DNA of 63,509 nucleotides, counting the filler, from Atractiella rhizophila (Eukaryota), in NCBI GenBank assembly GCA_021432655.1. It is 4 parts of 3 records of this genome, joined end to end, with 100 filler letters (N's around TTAATTAATTAA, not from the genome) between each part and the next. Parts side by side here need not be neighbours in the genome. Positions count along the whole stretch, not along the records: positions 1 to 27,318 come from MU271745.1; 3 more parts are not named here. One strand, given 5' to 3'. A program made the translations under genes and the position numbers. Under the pieces are notes generated by a model that searched no databases, was not told the DNA's origin, and worked only from the letters and a program-made list of their open reading frames with translations. Shown piece after piece: positions 1 to 12,887 of this stretch. Numbering within the stretch: position 1 is the stretch's first letter; every line of letters starts with the position of its first letter.

Positions 1-1095
1 TTTCATTAATTCTGAAAAGATCTGCCATCAAAGCTTGCGTTTCATGATATAACTTATGAAATACGTACCTATACGGAAGGATCGAGTCCCAACGTTTCAC
101 CATTGGCTTGAACTCCTTCTGCCCACCGTCCCCTCTCAGAAGTCTGAAAGCTGGAAGAAGCAAGACAACGTGTAGATCAAGCAGTCGAATAGGAATGTTG
201 TTTTCCAAGTCCCAATGACTCAACACTGAACATGAAAGAAACATTAAAATGTCGAGCATTGAGTAATATGACGACAATAATGAGCGAATTGGATGTGGAA
301 TAGGATGGCCGTGGAGAGTGTCACGTGTGGGGCAGATCTGAATGGAAAGATGGAGAAGCGAATGGGAGCCATTACCCACCCATTTCGCCCTTGTAAATTG
401 CACGCGCGAGATTATCGGCACTCGGTGCCCTGCTTTCCTTTTGATCCTTTCCGATTTCCGACCAGCCATTACACTTTCAACTGGCCAGCACACATCGCTC
501 GTACTTGTTAATTGCTGCCTGGAAAATAGATAGGGTGAGTGAATGTGATTTGTGTGGCTAGGAAGGCTGGATGTGGCTGCGGATGGGAGTACTCCCCATC
601 TAAACGGCCGGCCCATCTCATTGCTTTTAGTGTGCTTCTTTTCAATCTTTTTCCCTTTCTTTTCTTTGAAATTATCACATCCATCCATCGAGGATTCAGC
701 TACTTATACCATCGCTTATTTGACGCTCACTCACGCTGACACTCAGACATCACATCATCAGCTACGATCGCCATTCGCAACTGTTGTCTGGACAACTTTA
801 CTTCTTTTACAGTGAGTCTTTATTCATTCCTATCCATCCTATCCTCCAGCGTATCTCTCCTGAGCTGTCACTTGAGCATTACCATCATCTTGTATCTCTA
901 ATGTCCAATGTCAATACAACAAACAGACAAGCGATGGACGCTCCAATTCGACTCCGTCTTCTCGCTGTTTCGTCTTTGTTCTTATTTCACTCTTTCCTTT
1001 CTGGTCTCCTCTTCCCTCTTCCTTTACCCTTTCTTCTCTTATTACCACTCTATTACTGCTTAAATAACGAATCACGCTAACATTGGACCAGAAAC

Positions 1096-4000
1096 ATGCT
1101 CTTCTCCTCGCCCTACGCCACCACGACGCCCCACTCGACCTCCACCCACTCCCTCCACGTCCACACCACCCTACCCTCCCACCCACACACCCGCCAATCC
1201 TCCCGTTCCTCCGCCTCCTCCTCCTCTCCACCCTCACTCCCATCGTCCTCCTCCTCCCCGCACTTCCTCACTTCCGCCGCCGCACCTGGCTTGAACCCAG
1301 CAGCAGAGGTCACACATCCGCGGAGAAGCAAGGAAGACTATTCGACCAAGAGGGCGAGGGTTCAGAGTTCGCCGTATGCTTTGTCAGGAGGAAGTGGAGG
1401 TGGAGGGAGGGAGAGGGAGGGCAGTAGGGACGGGACGGCAGGCGTAGTGGAAGGGGAGTTGGGAAACATGCGGCTCGGGAGTACCGACGAGGGGACGGGA
1501 AGAGAAGAAGAGTGGGGAGCGGTTGGCGTCGGCGGTGGAGTGATGATGCCTGCCATGTCTCCCATGCCAACGATGAGCGGGCCGGGAGAGATTCGCGCGA
1601 TCGTTGGACCCGGTGGAATGCATGGATTCGCTCCTACGAATGGGATCAACGGAATCAATGGCATCAATGGGATACAAGCGATGGGTGCGGTGCAAGGGAT
1701 GGGGGGGATACAGACGATGGGAGGGATGCAAGCCATGGGAGGGATGGGAATGAGCTTCGGAGCTATGCCAGTGTACGACCCCTATTCGAACCCCTACCTC
1801 CAACAGCAACAACAACATCAACACCACCAGCAACAACAGCACCAACAACAACAGCCGCAACTCGCTCCATCCCCTTCCCCCTTCCTCCACCCCCTCCACC
1901 AAGCCCACACACCAAGTGCGCACCCGTCCCCCTCCTCTCTCCTCCCCACTCCTCCCCTCTCCGCACTCGCCAACGCCGTCCGAACCGCGCTCACGACCTC
2001 AGCGCAAGACCGAGCGCGCCATCAATTCGTGCAAGTGTGGCTCACATCGTCCTACACCGTCTGGACCGAAGGCAATGTTTCCCGTCAGGGATTGTACGGC
2101 AGCTATTTGCGCACGTGCGAGCGATGGGGAGTGAAGGCCATCAACTCGGCGTCGTTTGGGAAAGCGGTCAGACAGGCTTTTCCGTCCATTAAGACCAGGA
2201 GACTCGGTGTGAGAGGGAACAGCAAGTATCATTATTGTGGTATTAGACCCGCGAATCAGTCCGAGGCCGAAACGCTGGCGCTGTTGAGTAGAGATGGGGC
2301 AGCGGAGGAGGGGACGGAGAAGGCCACCACGGAGGAGAGCGCAGAAGATGAAGAGGATAGAGATAGATTGCCCGTCGGCGTTAGGGGCGGATTGACCTTA
2401 CCGTTACCCGCTGGAGGTTCTGGTGCAGGTAGTGCAGTGGGAGGAGGAGGAAGTGGGATTGCAGCCGGGATGAATTTACCGCAGACACCGATGACAGCCA
2501 GACCATCTGTGAGCCAACAACAACAGCAGCAGGGAATGGGACAACAACCGCGGTTGAGGAGGAGGAACGAGGCCGGAATGCTGTGTGTGCACATCAAAGG
2601 TGTCGAGAAGGTCCTGTCCGAGTTCCCCGTACTCGCTTCCTCTTCTTCCACCACCAACAACACCTCTTCGAATACAACTTCCAATTCTGGGGTAGACATC
2701 GACCTCGACGTCGACATCAAAGACGAACACAATGGATCTGTTACAAATTTGAAACCAGAAGATGGAGGATCGGCTGCATCGGTGAGGAGGGAGGAGGAGA
2801 GCGTATGGGAACTGGTGATGGAACACTGTGGATCCTTGGTCGAGTGCGCGAGCGAGTTGAGGTTCGATCAGTTCGAGATGTCCATCAGGAGCTTCTGGGG
2901 AGGTCTGAGCGAGAGGGAGAGGGAGATCGTAGCTGACACGGCTGGTGGAGTCGTCAATGAGATTTATCGTGGTGACGCTGTCGTGTTCAATGTAGGTTTT
3001 CACTCCAGTCTTCTACAAAGATCTGCGAGATGACATTGATGCTTTTTCTTAGGAAATCTTGGAGCTCTTGCACAATCAAACCCTCACACCGTTACCCGTT
3101 CAGGTCTTCGTCACTCTCCGACAGCTCGCGGAGAACATGGAGCAGATCATCATCCAATCACTCGTCGGCTTCCCTCAGTCTTTCATCGGCCCAAAAATAG
3201 AACTCGCTGCAAGGTTCGGAGTGAGTGACCTTTTCTTCTTGAGAAGCACAAACGCTGATGAAATGCAGCATCTCATCGTTCGACACCTCGGCATTTGCCA
3301 GCTGACACAGTCCTTGAATGGACTGCTTGATAATCCTTTGAACGTCCGACAAATGGCGGAAGCGTGGGAGGTCGTGGATTTCGAAACTGTGAGGAACCAG
3401 GCTGCTTTGGTCACTAACGTTCGTCCTTGGCCTCATTTCATCATTTGAATGGAAGAGATTAACGGATGGCTCAGTGTCAGCATGACCTCCTTACCTCCTG
3501 CTTCAACGATTTCCGAATCCTCCTTCACTCAAACCACACCATCTCTATACCTGATTTAATCCTCTACCTCGAAACCATCTACGAGCGTTGCCTCCGCCCT
3601 CCAGTTCCCCCACAACCCACACCGTCCCCAGACGCACCACAAGGCATCTCCCCCCGTTCTCTCCTCGTCCGTTGGTCCTACGTCTCCTCCCAGATCATGC
3701 GAGACCTCACCCTCAAGTCCTCGCCCGCATTCGGGAGCTTCCAAATCCTCTCGCTCTTCTGCGAAGAATGGCTTGGCCTCAAAGTCCTCCGACGAGTCGC
3801 CTTGCAGATCTCAGCCATAGAACCTCCTGCCACCGTCCAACAACCTCCAACGAGCTTACCAACAAAACAACAAGCCTTCGTCCCCCCTCCACTCAACCTC
3901 TCTTCCCCCGGAGATTTCCTCAACTTCTCCTCGCCGTCCTCCCAACCACTCTTCTCGCCCACCACCCAAGCGGTCATCGATTCGGCAAATGCTTCCGCGT

Positions 4001-4218
4001 CGCTGGGTGGTATCGGTATCGGAGGTATGATGCCGATGGACAGCTTCGGGTTCGGATTAGAGGGATCGAACGAACTGTTGGGCATTGGTGGAGGGATGGA
4101 CCTGTCTTCGCTCGGCGTGGGTGGAATGGGATTGGACTTCGGATTGGGCGTCACACCGTCGACGGAGGCGAAGAGCCCGATGGGAGGACAGAATCAAGAA
4201 GAGGAGAAGAAAGCGTAG
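1096..4218 (+). CDS. RFX1: RFX-family winged-helix transcription factor (Sak1/Rfx1-like)
   Basis: RFX DNA-binding domain ~2014-2250 (VWLTSSY..NVSRQGLYGSYLRTC..INSASFGKAVRQAFPSIKTRRLGVRGNSKYHYCGIRP). C-terminal helical region has a DLTLKSSPAFGSFQIL motif typical of the RFX dimerisation domain. Introns at 2992-3052, 3221-3268 and 3419-3474. An acceptor at 1091 suggests an upstream intron, so the start is uncertain. Confidence 0.92.
1801..1860 (+). repeat. CAA/CAG-rich polyQ/His tract in the RFX coding region
   Basis: caacagcaacaacaacatcaacaccaccagcaacaacagcaccaacaacaacag encodes QQQQQHQHHQQQQHQQQQ. GIN and MGG repeats precede it at ~1640-1755. Confidence 0.9.
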
Positions 4219-4676
4219 ACCATGTTGGTTTGATTTGATGGATGGATGGTCGATTAAAGGATATGCTTCGAAATTCTGGTCATCTAGTTGTTTGTGATTC
4301 GTGCTTGCTTTGAGAACTGGTTGTCTACCCTTGAACTCTCATCGTTTCTGTCCCCTTTACCCTTCACATTATCTATGAATCCAGCAAGGAAGGAGGAAGT
4401 GCTTTCGTTATACCTCTCGAGCAGAGATTACCCCACATAGCCTAGGGACCACGCAATACTTTTTTTCACATTTCGAATAAGACGACAAGTTAACGCAGAC
4501 ATTGACTGCTCGTTCTTCAAAATCAAATATTCGTTCGCTGCTGTGTAGTTGTGCTACCCATATCCTTCTTAGGAAGAAGTCAAATAATCTCAGTACCCTC
4601 ACTTACGCCCCTCCTCATTCTCCTATTCTTCGTCGATTTGGAAGGAGGTCAGGACAAGTTGTATTTTTTGCCCCTT

Positions 4677-6559
4677 TTACCCAGATTGCTTGCAAAATGG
4701 ACGATTGCTGTTCAAACATTTCATTCCACTGCACTGGTACCAATAGTAGAAAGGGAGAGAAAGGAAAGGTAGGATTGCTGAGTATACCACAGCTTGTCCT
4801 CATGCCAAACCATCCACCTCGGGGCTTCCTCAACCTCTCGGGAGTGGACGAGCACACCAGAACGAGCTTCCCATATCCTAAGTACGCGGTCACTTCCAAC
4901 TACATGTCAGTCAATCACTGCGACGGAGACGTTAGAAGAGAGAGAACAAACTGGTCGTGAGATACGGAATCGAGAGAAAAGAAGGAGTGAAGACATCACA
5001 TGGGTGGGACATGTAAGAGGACGTGTGCTCTGGATAGAGCACGATTGGACGATTTGGAAAACGGAGGTCATACAGCGCGGCGTAACTTGAAGTATTCGTA
5101 AATCTCATTGACTTGAGAGGTATAAAACACACCTGTCCATTCCAAGTACCGCGACTTCCCTCTCACTCTTCTCTCTCTCTATCCACCGCACGCCATACAC
5201 CCCTATTTGAGCTTTCCAACTTGGGCCCTACGCCCACGCGATTTTAGCACTTTTCCTATGTCGGAAAAGCAAAGCACGAACCGTGGGTCTAGATGAAGAA
5301 ACTCGGATGTCGATTCCTTTCACCTCCCCCTTCCTTGTCCCAACAAGGATAAGCTCTTCTCTCCAATCAACGCTCCAAACTGCCCCTCCTCCTCCTTTCC
5401 CTCCGGTCCTCACAACACTCCATGCGGTTCGGTTACCAAATTCCCCTTCCCTCGTCCAGAAGTGGACCGCCGCATCAGTACCTGCTTTCCCTATCAAAGA
5501 CTAATTCACTTCTATGGTGGTGACGGGGAGACGAACCTACCGCACCTCTCCCGTCCCGGAGAACCGAGCACCAACCTGTAGTGCGTTCAAGGGTTCTCCT
5601 AACTCGTCGTCAGTTTCATCCACCGCATGTAAGAAAAAGCTCCACGCTTGAGTGATCTCCATGCCTGTGTCTGAGTTTGTTGTGCAGAGGACGACTGGGA
5701 CACTTGATACGGATGTGGGATCAAGTGTACCACCTCGAGACGTTATTCTAGATCAAAGGAACAGTTATTTCTGAGCATGATGGCTGGAGTTTGTAAGGGC
5801 GGACAGCATCAAATTTCTTTCGCAGTGAACCATCATCTAAAGTGTGTGAGCACGCGACTTGCATGCAGTGAAGGAAGGACTCACAGAATCTGAACGACGG
5901 ACAAAGTTATAAAGCGGAAGCTTTGTGGTCGGCACTTTCATTTTGCTTGTACTGCCATTCCGACGCTTGGGAATGAACCAGGCACTGGTCAGAGGCATTT
6001 GTCAAGCGGGTCCAGTTCTGATACGTTCAAAGGGACCGACCTAAGCTCCCCGTTCACGTCGCCTACTCTGGCTACGTTGTTTGACTTCCCCAAGGCAGCA
6101 TCAGGCATAAAGGCGAAACTGGATATTGTCGCGACATCTGTGCTGGCACGAGGTGAAATCTTTGTTTCGATCCAGAGATGCTGTGGATCTGGATTGGAAA
6201 AGAAACAAGAGCGTCCTCCTGCTCTGTACATAGAATGATTAAGCAAATGTGGTGAGGACAGTGGGACAGGCTTACTGTTGCATTTTTTGACTGTTGGAAT
6301 AAACATTATTAGAAGCTGAAGCAGCACGCCGTTCTAACATCCGGTATACACCTTCCACTCGAAGTTTTCTCTCTACTCTTGGAGCTGCACTTTGACCATT
6401 TTGCTCTGGAGATGCAATATGGCGATGAGATGGCAGTTTGGATTGATACAGTGCTTTTCCTGATGGCAAGACTGCTTGAAGCGAACTGGAAGATGGATTG
6501 GGAGCCTTGAAATATCGTTGCGTCGCCTCATCGTAAACGTACCCTGGAATATGGCGCAT
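4677..6559 (-). CDS. WD40-repeat protein, DCAF4/WDR21-like (multi-exon)
   Basis: N-terminal MRHIPGYVYDEATQRYFK motif resembles the DCAF4/WDR21 family. WD-like exons: AVWSVDWREELILVGTRKGEVKGIDIR, AALYDLRF (DxR-like) and GSDRVLRIWEARSG. Exon structure is only partly resolved. Confidence 0.7.
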
Positions 6560-6952
6560 CCTAAGTGTTTCTCTGCCAGGGGGATTTGTCAGACGCCAGA
6601 TCGTCAGATGCAAAGCTATTCATCCAATGGATTAGTAAAGAATAAAGTCGGCTACGACCATTCTCCCTTCGTAGATTTGGTTCCGGCAAGAAGCAGAGCG
6701 GTTCCATTTGGCACCAACATTTCTTGAGGGGTCAAGATTGTCCTTGGATGAAATATTTCGTGACGTGCCTTGAGAGCAATTTCTTTGGCTTTTCTGGGAT
6801 ATGAATCGTCTTCTATGTCATCAGAGACTGTTTTAACGACTTTAGATGTTGCGTGATGCGCTAACGGTTTATCTTACAGCTGGAGAACCTTCACACCTAT
6901 TGGGTAAGCAAGAGAGAAGAAGTTTGGCATGCTCTTTGCAAACACATACGCT

Positions 6953-8569
6953 CTACACTGTACCCCTTCTCAGCAACAATAAATGACCCTTCCTCCGTTC
7001 ATCCTCATGCCATCCGAAAAGCCCATTCCTCCTTTCATCCTCAATCACATACCCCTTGTCCGTCATAATCAACTTTTTCACATCTTCATCTTCTAGTAAT
7101 GCTTCAAAGAGCACTAAATGGCTTGGCCATGGCTTCCGCTTTCCCCAACCAGGTCCGGCTCCTTCGTACATTCTCTCCTTCAGAAAAGCGACGGGGTCAT
7201 CATAAAACGTATCTGCCTCGTCCTCCCCTTCTAGCTGGAATCCGGGTGGATCACAAGTCAGGAACCAGCTTCCGTCCACCAAATCAGGTCGATGGATGTA
7301 CGAAAGCCATGTAGTTGAATGGCACGGGGCTAGGACGCCAAGTGTCGCATTTAATGGAAGACTATGAGAGAGGAAAAATGGTAGGGTGGCTTGGGCAGAC
7401 ATGTGGAGGAAAGCTGGGACGAGAAGAATTGCGTGAATGATCGCAGGAAGCAACCAAGTCCACTTTACTGAGGCAGTGTTGGATAAGTTGAAAGAGGGGG
7501 GGAAAGATAGAGACGCAATGATGTGCAAGATCGGCAGGACAGGGAGGAGAAAGCGATGTTCTTTGTGCGGTAGGAAGGAGAGAGAGACTAATGTCCATAG
7601 CACCAGAATCTTCAATTTTCGCACCACGCTCCGTTCCGGTTCTCCATTAGTCTGTCCTATCCGTCTATCTGTCCTTTTGAACGCTTCTGCAAGGAAAGCG
7701 GGGATCCACGCCCCCAGAACGACGGGCAATCCTTGCAATATGTACCAAGTGGGGTCGTGAGTTCCATAAAACGATGCTCCGCCTTGAAATATGTTGAAAT
7801 GCACGAAATTGAAAGGTGTGAAGGTGAGCCGAGAGTAGAAGAGGCTGTCTATAGCGAAGCACAAGGCGGCTATGGCGAATGTAGCCATAATGGTTTGATG
7901 GATAAAAGCCTTGGATAGAAATGTGGGCAACAGAGGGATCAGCAGGAGAAGTGAGGAAGGACGCAGAGCTACTGCGAGGCCTAAAAAGCAGAGAGATTTG
8001 TATATGTTTTGTCCCTTCAATCGTGAACGATCCTCTGATGTTACCGTTGCCGCCCAAGGAAGATGAATAAGTCCTAATAGTAGCAGAAGAGCCTCAAGAG
8101 CGTTTGAAATGGCACGAACGGACGTGAATGCTGCGTAGAGAGAGGCGAGGGAGATGAATAAAGCGTTATAGCCGACATATGGGCGAGATGGAAAGAGCTT
8201 TCTTGCTAATTTGTAAGTGTAAAAATCTGTCAGACTTGCGATAGTAGCCTGAAGCAACTTTGAGGTCAAAATCTAGTTATGTTGGAAAAAGTCAGTGGAA
8301 TGTGGCTATAAAGGCGAACGGCTCACAAGAGACCATCTGTTGTCACAGTGTAACAGCTTCAAAACCCACCATGGTGCAGCAAAGAGCAGAGGGTGGAGAG
8401 GAGAGCGCAAGCGAGCAGAGGGACGCCATTCCCACGTCTCAAAGCCGTACCCAAAGACTAGCCTGTGCGCGGGTTCGAGAGACTGATAATATTCATCTGG
8501 GACGTAGAAGGTGTTGAGCGCGAGCGCGTTGAGCAGGCGAAAAAGGAGGAGCTTCGTTGTGAACTTCAT
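6953..8569 (-). CDS. GPI10: GPI mannosyltransferase 3 (glycosyltransferase family 22)
   Basis: Motifs [42 protein letters not shown] across an intron near 8275-8322, [29 protein letters not shown] and FLTCDPP. Confidence 0.93.
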
Positions 8570-8808
8570 GGTCAGGTGATCAGCGTTAAGCATAGTTGAC
8601 GATTCACAGCTCCAGCATTTCAGTAGCTTCAGTACCAACGCTTGGGTTATTCAATTTGAGATCAGCAATGCAGACGAGGCAATGCAGCGTTTCGACAATC
8701 AAGAATCACAATGTTATTGCAAGAAAGACGAAGTATGTGGAATGAGGGTTCAGGCCGTTCAGGTTGAACGGGCAGCAGAATTGCGCGGCCAGCTGGCGAA
8801 CAAATGGC

Positions 8809-11260
8809 TTAATCCAACCCGTCATTGTTGAAATCAAACACCTCCGACACCTCCTCTTGATGATCTCCCTCATGACTATCCTCGTTTGCCTGAGCACTCA
8901 CAACCTCCGATACTCCTTGTTGACCCTCATCCTGCCCTTCCCAGCCTTCTGCACCTTCTTGATATTCATACTCCCCTTCATGATGCTCGTACACTCCGGC
9001 ATCGTCCCCCATGTATTCACCAGCTCCATACTCCATTTCGCAATTGTTTTCATCATGTTCTCCCCCCTCCGCAGCTCCTTCAGCAGGGGGAGCAGTCTCT
9101 TCCTTCTTTCTCCCAATTTCCTCTTCGGGGGGAGGAGTTCCGTACTTTCCGCCCGTCGCTCTGCGATAAAAATCCATATCTACACTTGTACGTTAAATAT
9201 GCCCAAAAATTAGAAAACACAAACCTATTTTCTTCCGACTTTTCAATGCTTGAGTAAGACCATCGCCGTTCACTTTCTCTTCTTTATTCCATTTCTTCTT
9301 AATCTGGGCTCGAGAACGATCAGGGAAGAGTTTGGCTATCATTTCGAAATCTGTCCCAAACATGCTAACCGCCTAAACGATAATGCATGAGCTACTCGGT
9401 TCTGATGAGGAAAGAAAGCGGCAAACATCGTAAAAGAGTGCAGTATCCCCTTCTGTCCACCTGGCCGCACGTTGCCGTTTGCTCCACGTATGGCTGTTGA
9501 CGAATCGGTCCCCTTGATTCTCATAAACAGTCTCTGCTCTCCCCATAGTCGCAATATTCGTTGGCTAACATACGAAAACTGAGTCAGAGCAAGGAAACGA
9601 AGGGAAGGGACGCACATCCTTCGTCCTGTCGACTTGCAAGGATTCCTCGTCGATGACAAGCTCTCCATTGACAAGTCGAAGTTGAGGGGCATAATGCGAC
9701 TCGACGAACTGCTCCTCGGCCTCTTCTACTGCTTCCATATCCCCACCGGCCGCTTCCACAGCAGCTGCGAGTGCATCGTCCGGATTTGCCGTCTGCTCTA
9801 CGACCTCCATCACTTCGCCTTCCGCTGGTTCTGCACTTTCCCCGTCCTCCTTCTCCATCCCCATCCCTTCGTCGTCACTCGGCGCATCTTTCCCCTCTTT
9901 GAAAGCTTCGATACGATTCATACGCATCATCTGCCTCTGTTTCATCTTCGTCCTCGCTTTTGCACGGCGTGCCTTCTCCTCATTCTGCTTCTCGCGCATA
10001 TGTTCATACCGGCTAGATATACGTCCCTGGCCCGTATCCTCACAAATCGTCGACATCAACGTCTGCGTAGGATCAATGTCACCTGTTAATAGCTGACGCC
10101 TGAGTTTCTTCTCGTTCTTGATAGTGGACGTTTCAAACTCTCCGTCTCCTTCGACAGTATCATCAGCTGCACCACTGACGTCCGTTTTCTCCTTTCTTGA
10201 CTGTCTTTTCTTTCTTGGGAGTCGGTCGCCCTCTCCTTCTACGCCAGACTCTTCATCTCCCTCTCCTATTTCATCTCCCTCTACTTCATCCCTCTGCTTT
10301 GGCTGTCTCTTCTTCCTCGGAGGCCTGCAGCCTTCACCGACTCTGTCAGACGTTTCTCCCCGTCCTTCTTCTTCTGTCTCAGCACGCTTCCTTTTCCTTG
10401 GTGCCTTCTTGCTTTTTCCACTCTCATTCACCGTCGCAGCTCCCTTTGCTCCAGCAGCTCGAAGTGGTTTCCTATTCTTCTTCTGGTTTTCTCCGTCATC
10501 ATTCTCCTGCTCCAACACAGGCGCACCGTCCGCTTGCAAGTTCATGACGGCAATATCTAAGTCCATCGAACCACATTGTTCTCCTACAGGAGCTTCATGA
10601 GGAAGGAGAGTGGGGTCAATAGCAATGTCTTGATATCGTCCCCTTCTTGGAAGAATAACATTTTCTTCACTGATCGCTGGCAGGGCTGATATGGCAGCCG
10701 TGACGGTTTCCTTATTAGGGACAGATTCCTTCCCTTTCCCCTTCTTGGAGCTTTGGAGTGTTGGTGGCGGAGTCGCTATCGGCGCTGGGGATGGTGAAGG
10801 TCTAGATGAAGATGGTTTGGAGGCTAGAAACGAGGGCATGGTGTGCCCAGGGATGAGGATAGTCCCAGATTTTGAAGATGAAGAAGTAAGCGTAGGGGCT
10901 TTGAGAGCCGGTGGAGGAGAAAGAGTACGGGCTGTCCACGAGGGTTCTTCTTCATCGACATCGTATAGTTGATTATTTTGAGAAGTGGAAGCTACTGGTG
11001 TGGGTCGTAGTTGAGATGTGGAAGCACCCTGCCATGCTTGTCGATCGATTTTGGACTGAGAGAGAGCAGGACTTGTCGGTGCAATTGAGGATGTAGAAGG
11101 AGAGGCCGCACTGAGACGTGATTTGAACAGTGCTGGCTTGAACTTGACGCCTCCCTTGTCTATGACGTAAAATAGGGATGTCAGTCTTGTGTTTCTGGTA
11201 ATAAAACGATCTCAACGACAAAGCACTTCGACAGATTGGATCCACCGAACTCTGAATCAT
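8809..11260 (-). CDS. BDP1: TFIIIB subunit B'' (Bdp1) with SANT/Myb domain
   Basis: APQLRLVNGELVIDEESL, then spliced RFVNSHTWSKRQRAARWTEGDTALFYD|AVSMFGTDFEMIAKLFPDRSRAQIKKKWNKEEK. N-terminal KGGVKFKP exon after an acceptor at ~11161. First exon is uncertain. Confidence 0.9.
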
Positions 11261-12887
11261 ATCGTCACAGGGACTAATGGTCAAAGCATTTCATATAATC
11301 ACAATTCTTGGAGCAAGGATCAGCGCAATGCCACATCTAAGATGAGCAGCGTTCTGCTTGCTTGTCTAATTAGTGCCAATATCTACTTGTTTACGAGCTG
11401 CGTGCGAGCTTCGCCAGTTCTCCAAATGAGGGCTACTATGTTCTGTTCCGCACAACAATAGTAAACACAGATCTCGCGTTGACTGAGCCGGTCCCTTCAA
11501 GTTCGCGCTCAAATAATGACGAAATGAAATGTGCGCGTCATGCCTTGTACATAAACGAATAGAACTTCTGATAACTCATTGCCACCTAGGCACGGTACAA
11601 CTTCCATCCAAGCCGTCCTTGTATTTACTTCCTTTCCGTCTCATAAGTGTAAATTATCCTTCAGAGGCGATAATGTAACTCAGGAATGAAAAAGATGTTG
11701 ATCATACTTCTCAACAACGGTTGCACGAAGAACGACAGGACAGGAAGCAAGAAAGAACACCAGAGTCAAAGGAGCAGAAGAAACCATTGGATCTAAAGGA
11801 AGTTGTTTCCCTTATTCCTTCCAGTTGAACAGCTTTCAATTTCTCCCCAAAAGAGCCAGCTTTCTCGTACGTTGACGGAGAGGATATTAGAAGAACCCAT
11901 TCCCTTGGTACTGAGATATGGCCGAGAGAGAACTAACCAATTCTGGCAGACATTTCACGAAATCTCTATGCCTGACCTAACACTCTCTCCTTGAGGGATA
12001 CTCCCCTACTCTCAAGTGCTATTATCCCCAAGACACCTAGGAGTGTCGATTGTGGCTCCAGATGATGCCCGAAGATGTATTGCTAATCACGTGCAAAGTA
12101 GTGCTTAAGGATGATTCAGGGACATGAAGGCAGGTTGAGGTACGAAGAGGGAAGGTCCGCGTCTCAAATATTTCCCTTCAGGCAATATGTTTACGATGCT
12201 ATTCTTAATAACGCCGCGTGACATTAGGTGTCGTCGCATCTCGAAAAGTTCTAAAGGCACTGGGAACAAGCGGGCGGGATGCCTGTAGGCGGCAAATAAC
12301 CAATACATAAACGACCAAAACAACTTATCAACCTCAGATTTCTTAGGACAGCAAAATTGCAAAGCAAAGATGATGAAGCCACAAGATCCCCTCCGACTCC
12401 ACTGCTTCGCGGTCAAGTGCTCCAACTGTGGTGAGCCCTGCAAGTTCTTTTCTTTCGGTTTGCGATGTTGACAAGTGTATTGTCAGGAAAAACGACCTGG
12501 AAAGGATGCGGAAAGCATGTCGAGAGCGTTATGAAGGATGTGAGTTCATATTTAACTTTTAGGCACTGTTATTGAGTACCTAGCAGGTTCCCGAGGTTTG
12601 TGTTCCCATCAGCGATCATACAAGAACTTTGCTTATCGTAATCGGATGATGCACAGGAGGATAGGTGCACCTGTCCGAGGGAGTGAGAGTCTCGTCACTC
12701 TCAGAGCTCTTTCGATCACCCTTTGACAAAGGAGCAGGCCATGGAGTTGTGTAATTGTATAACAGTCAACATTCCACTGAGAGTTTCGCTACGCACATTT
12801 ATTGTACATTCCATGTTTTTCGTCAAGTCCTGTTTAGTTTTGAGCAGCCATTCGGAAGTCCATTCTCCATCCCACTCCATAACCACT

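Noticed and set aside
11550..12500. Short hydrophobic minus-strand ORF fragments
   Set aside because: Interrupted by stops, with no recognisable family.
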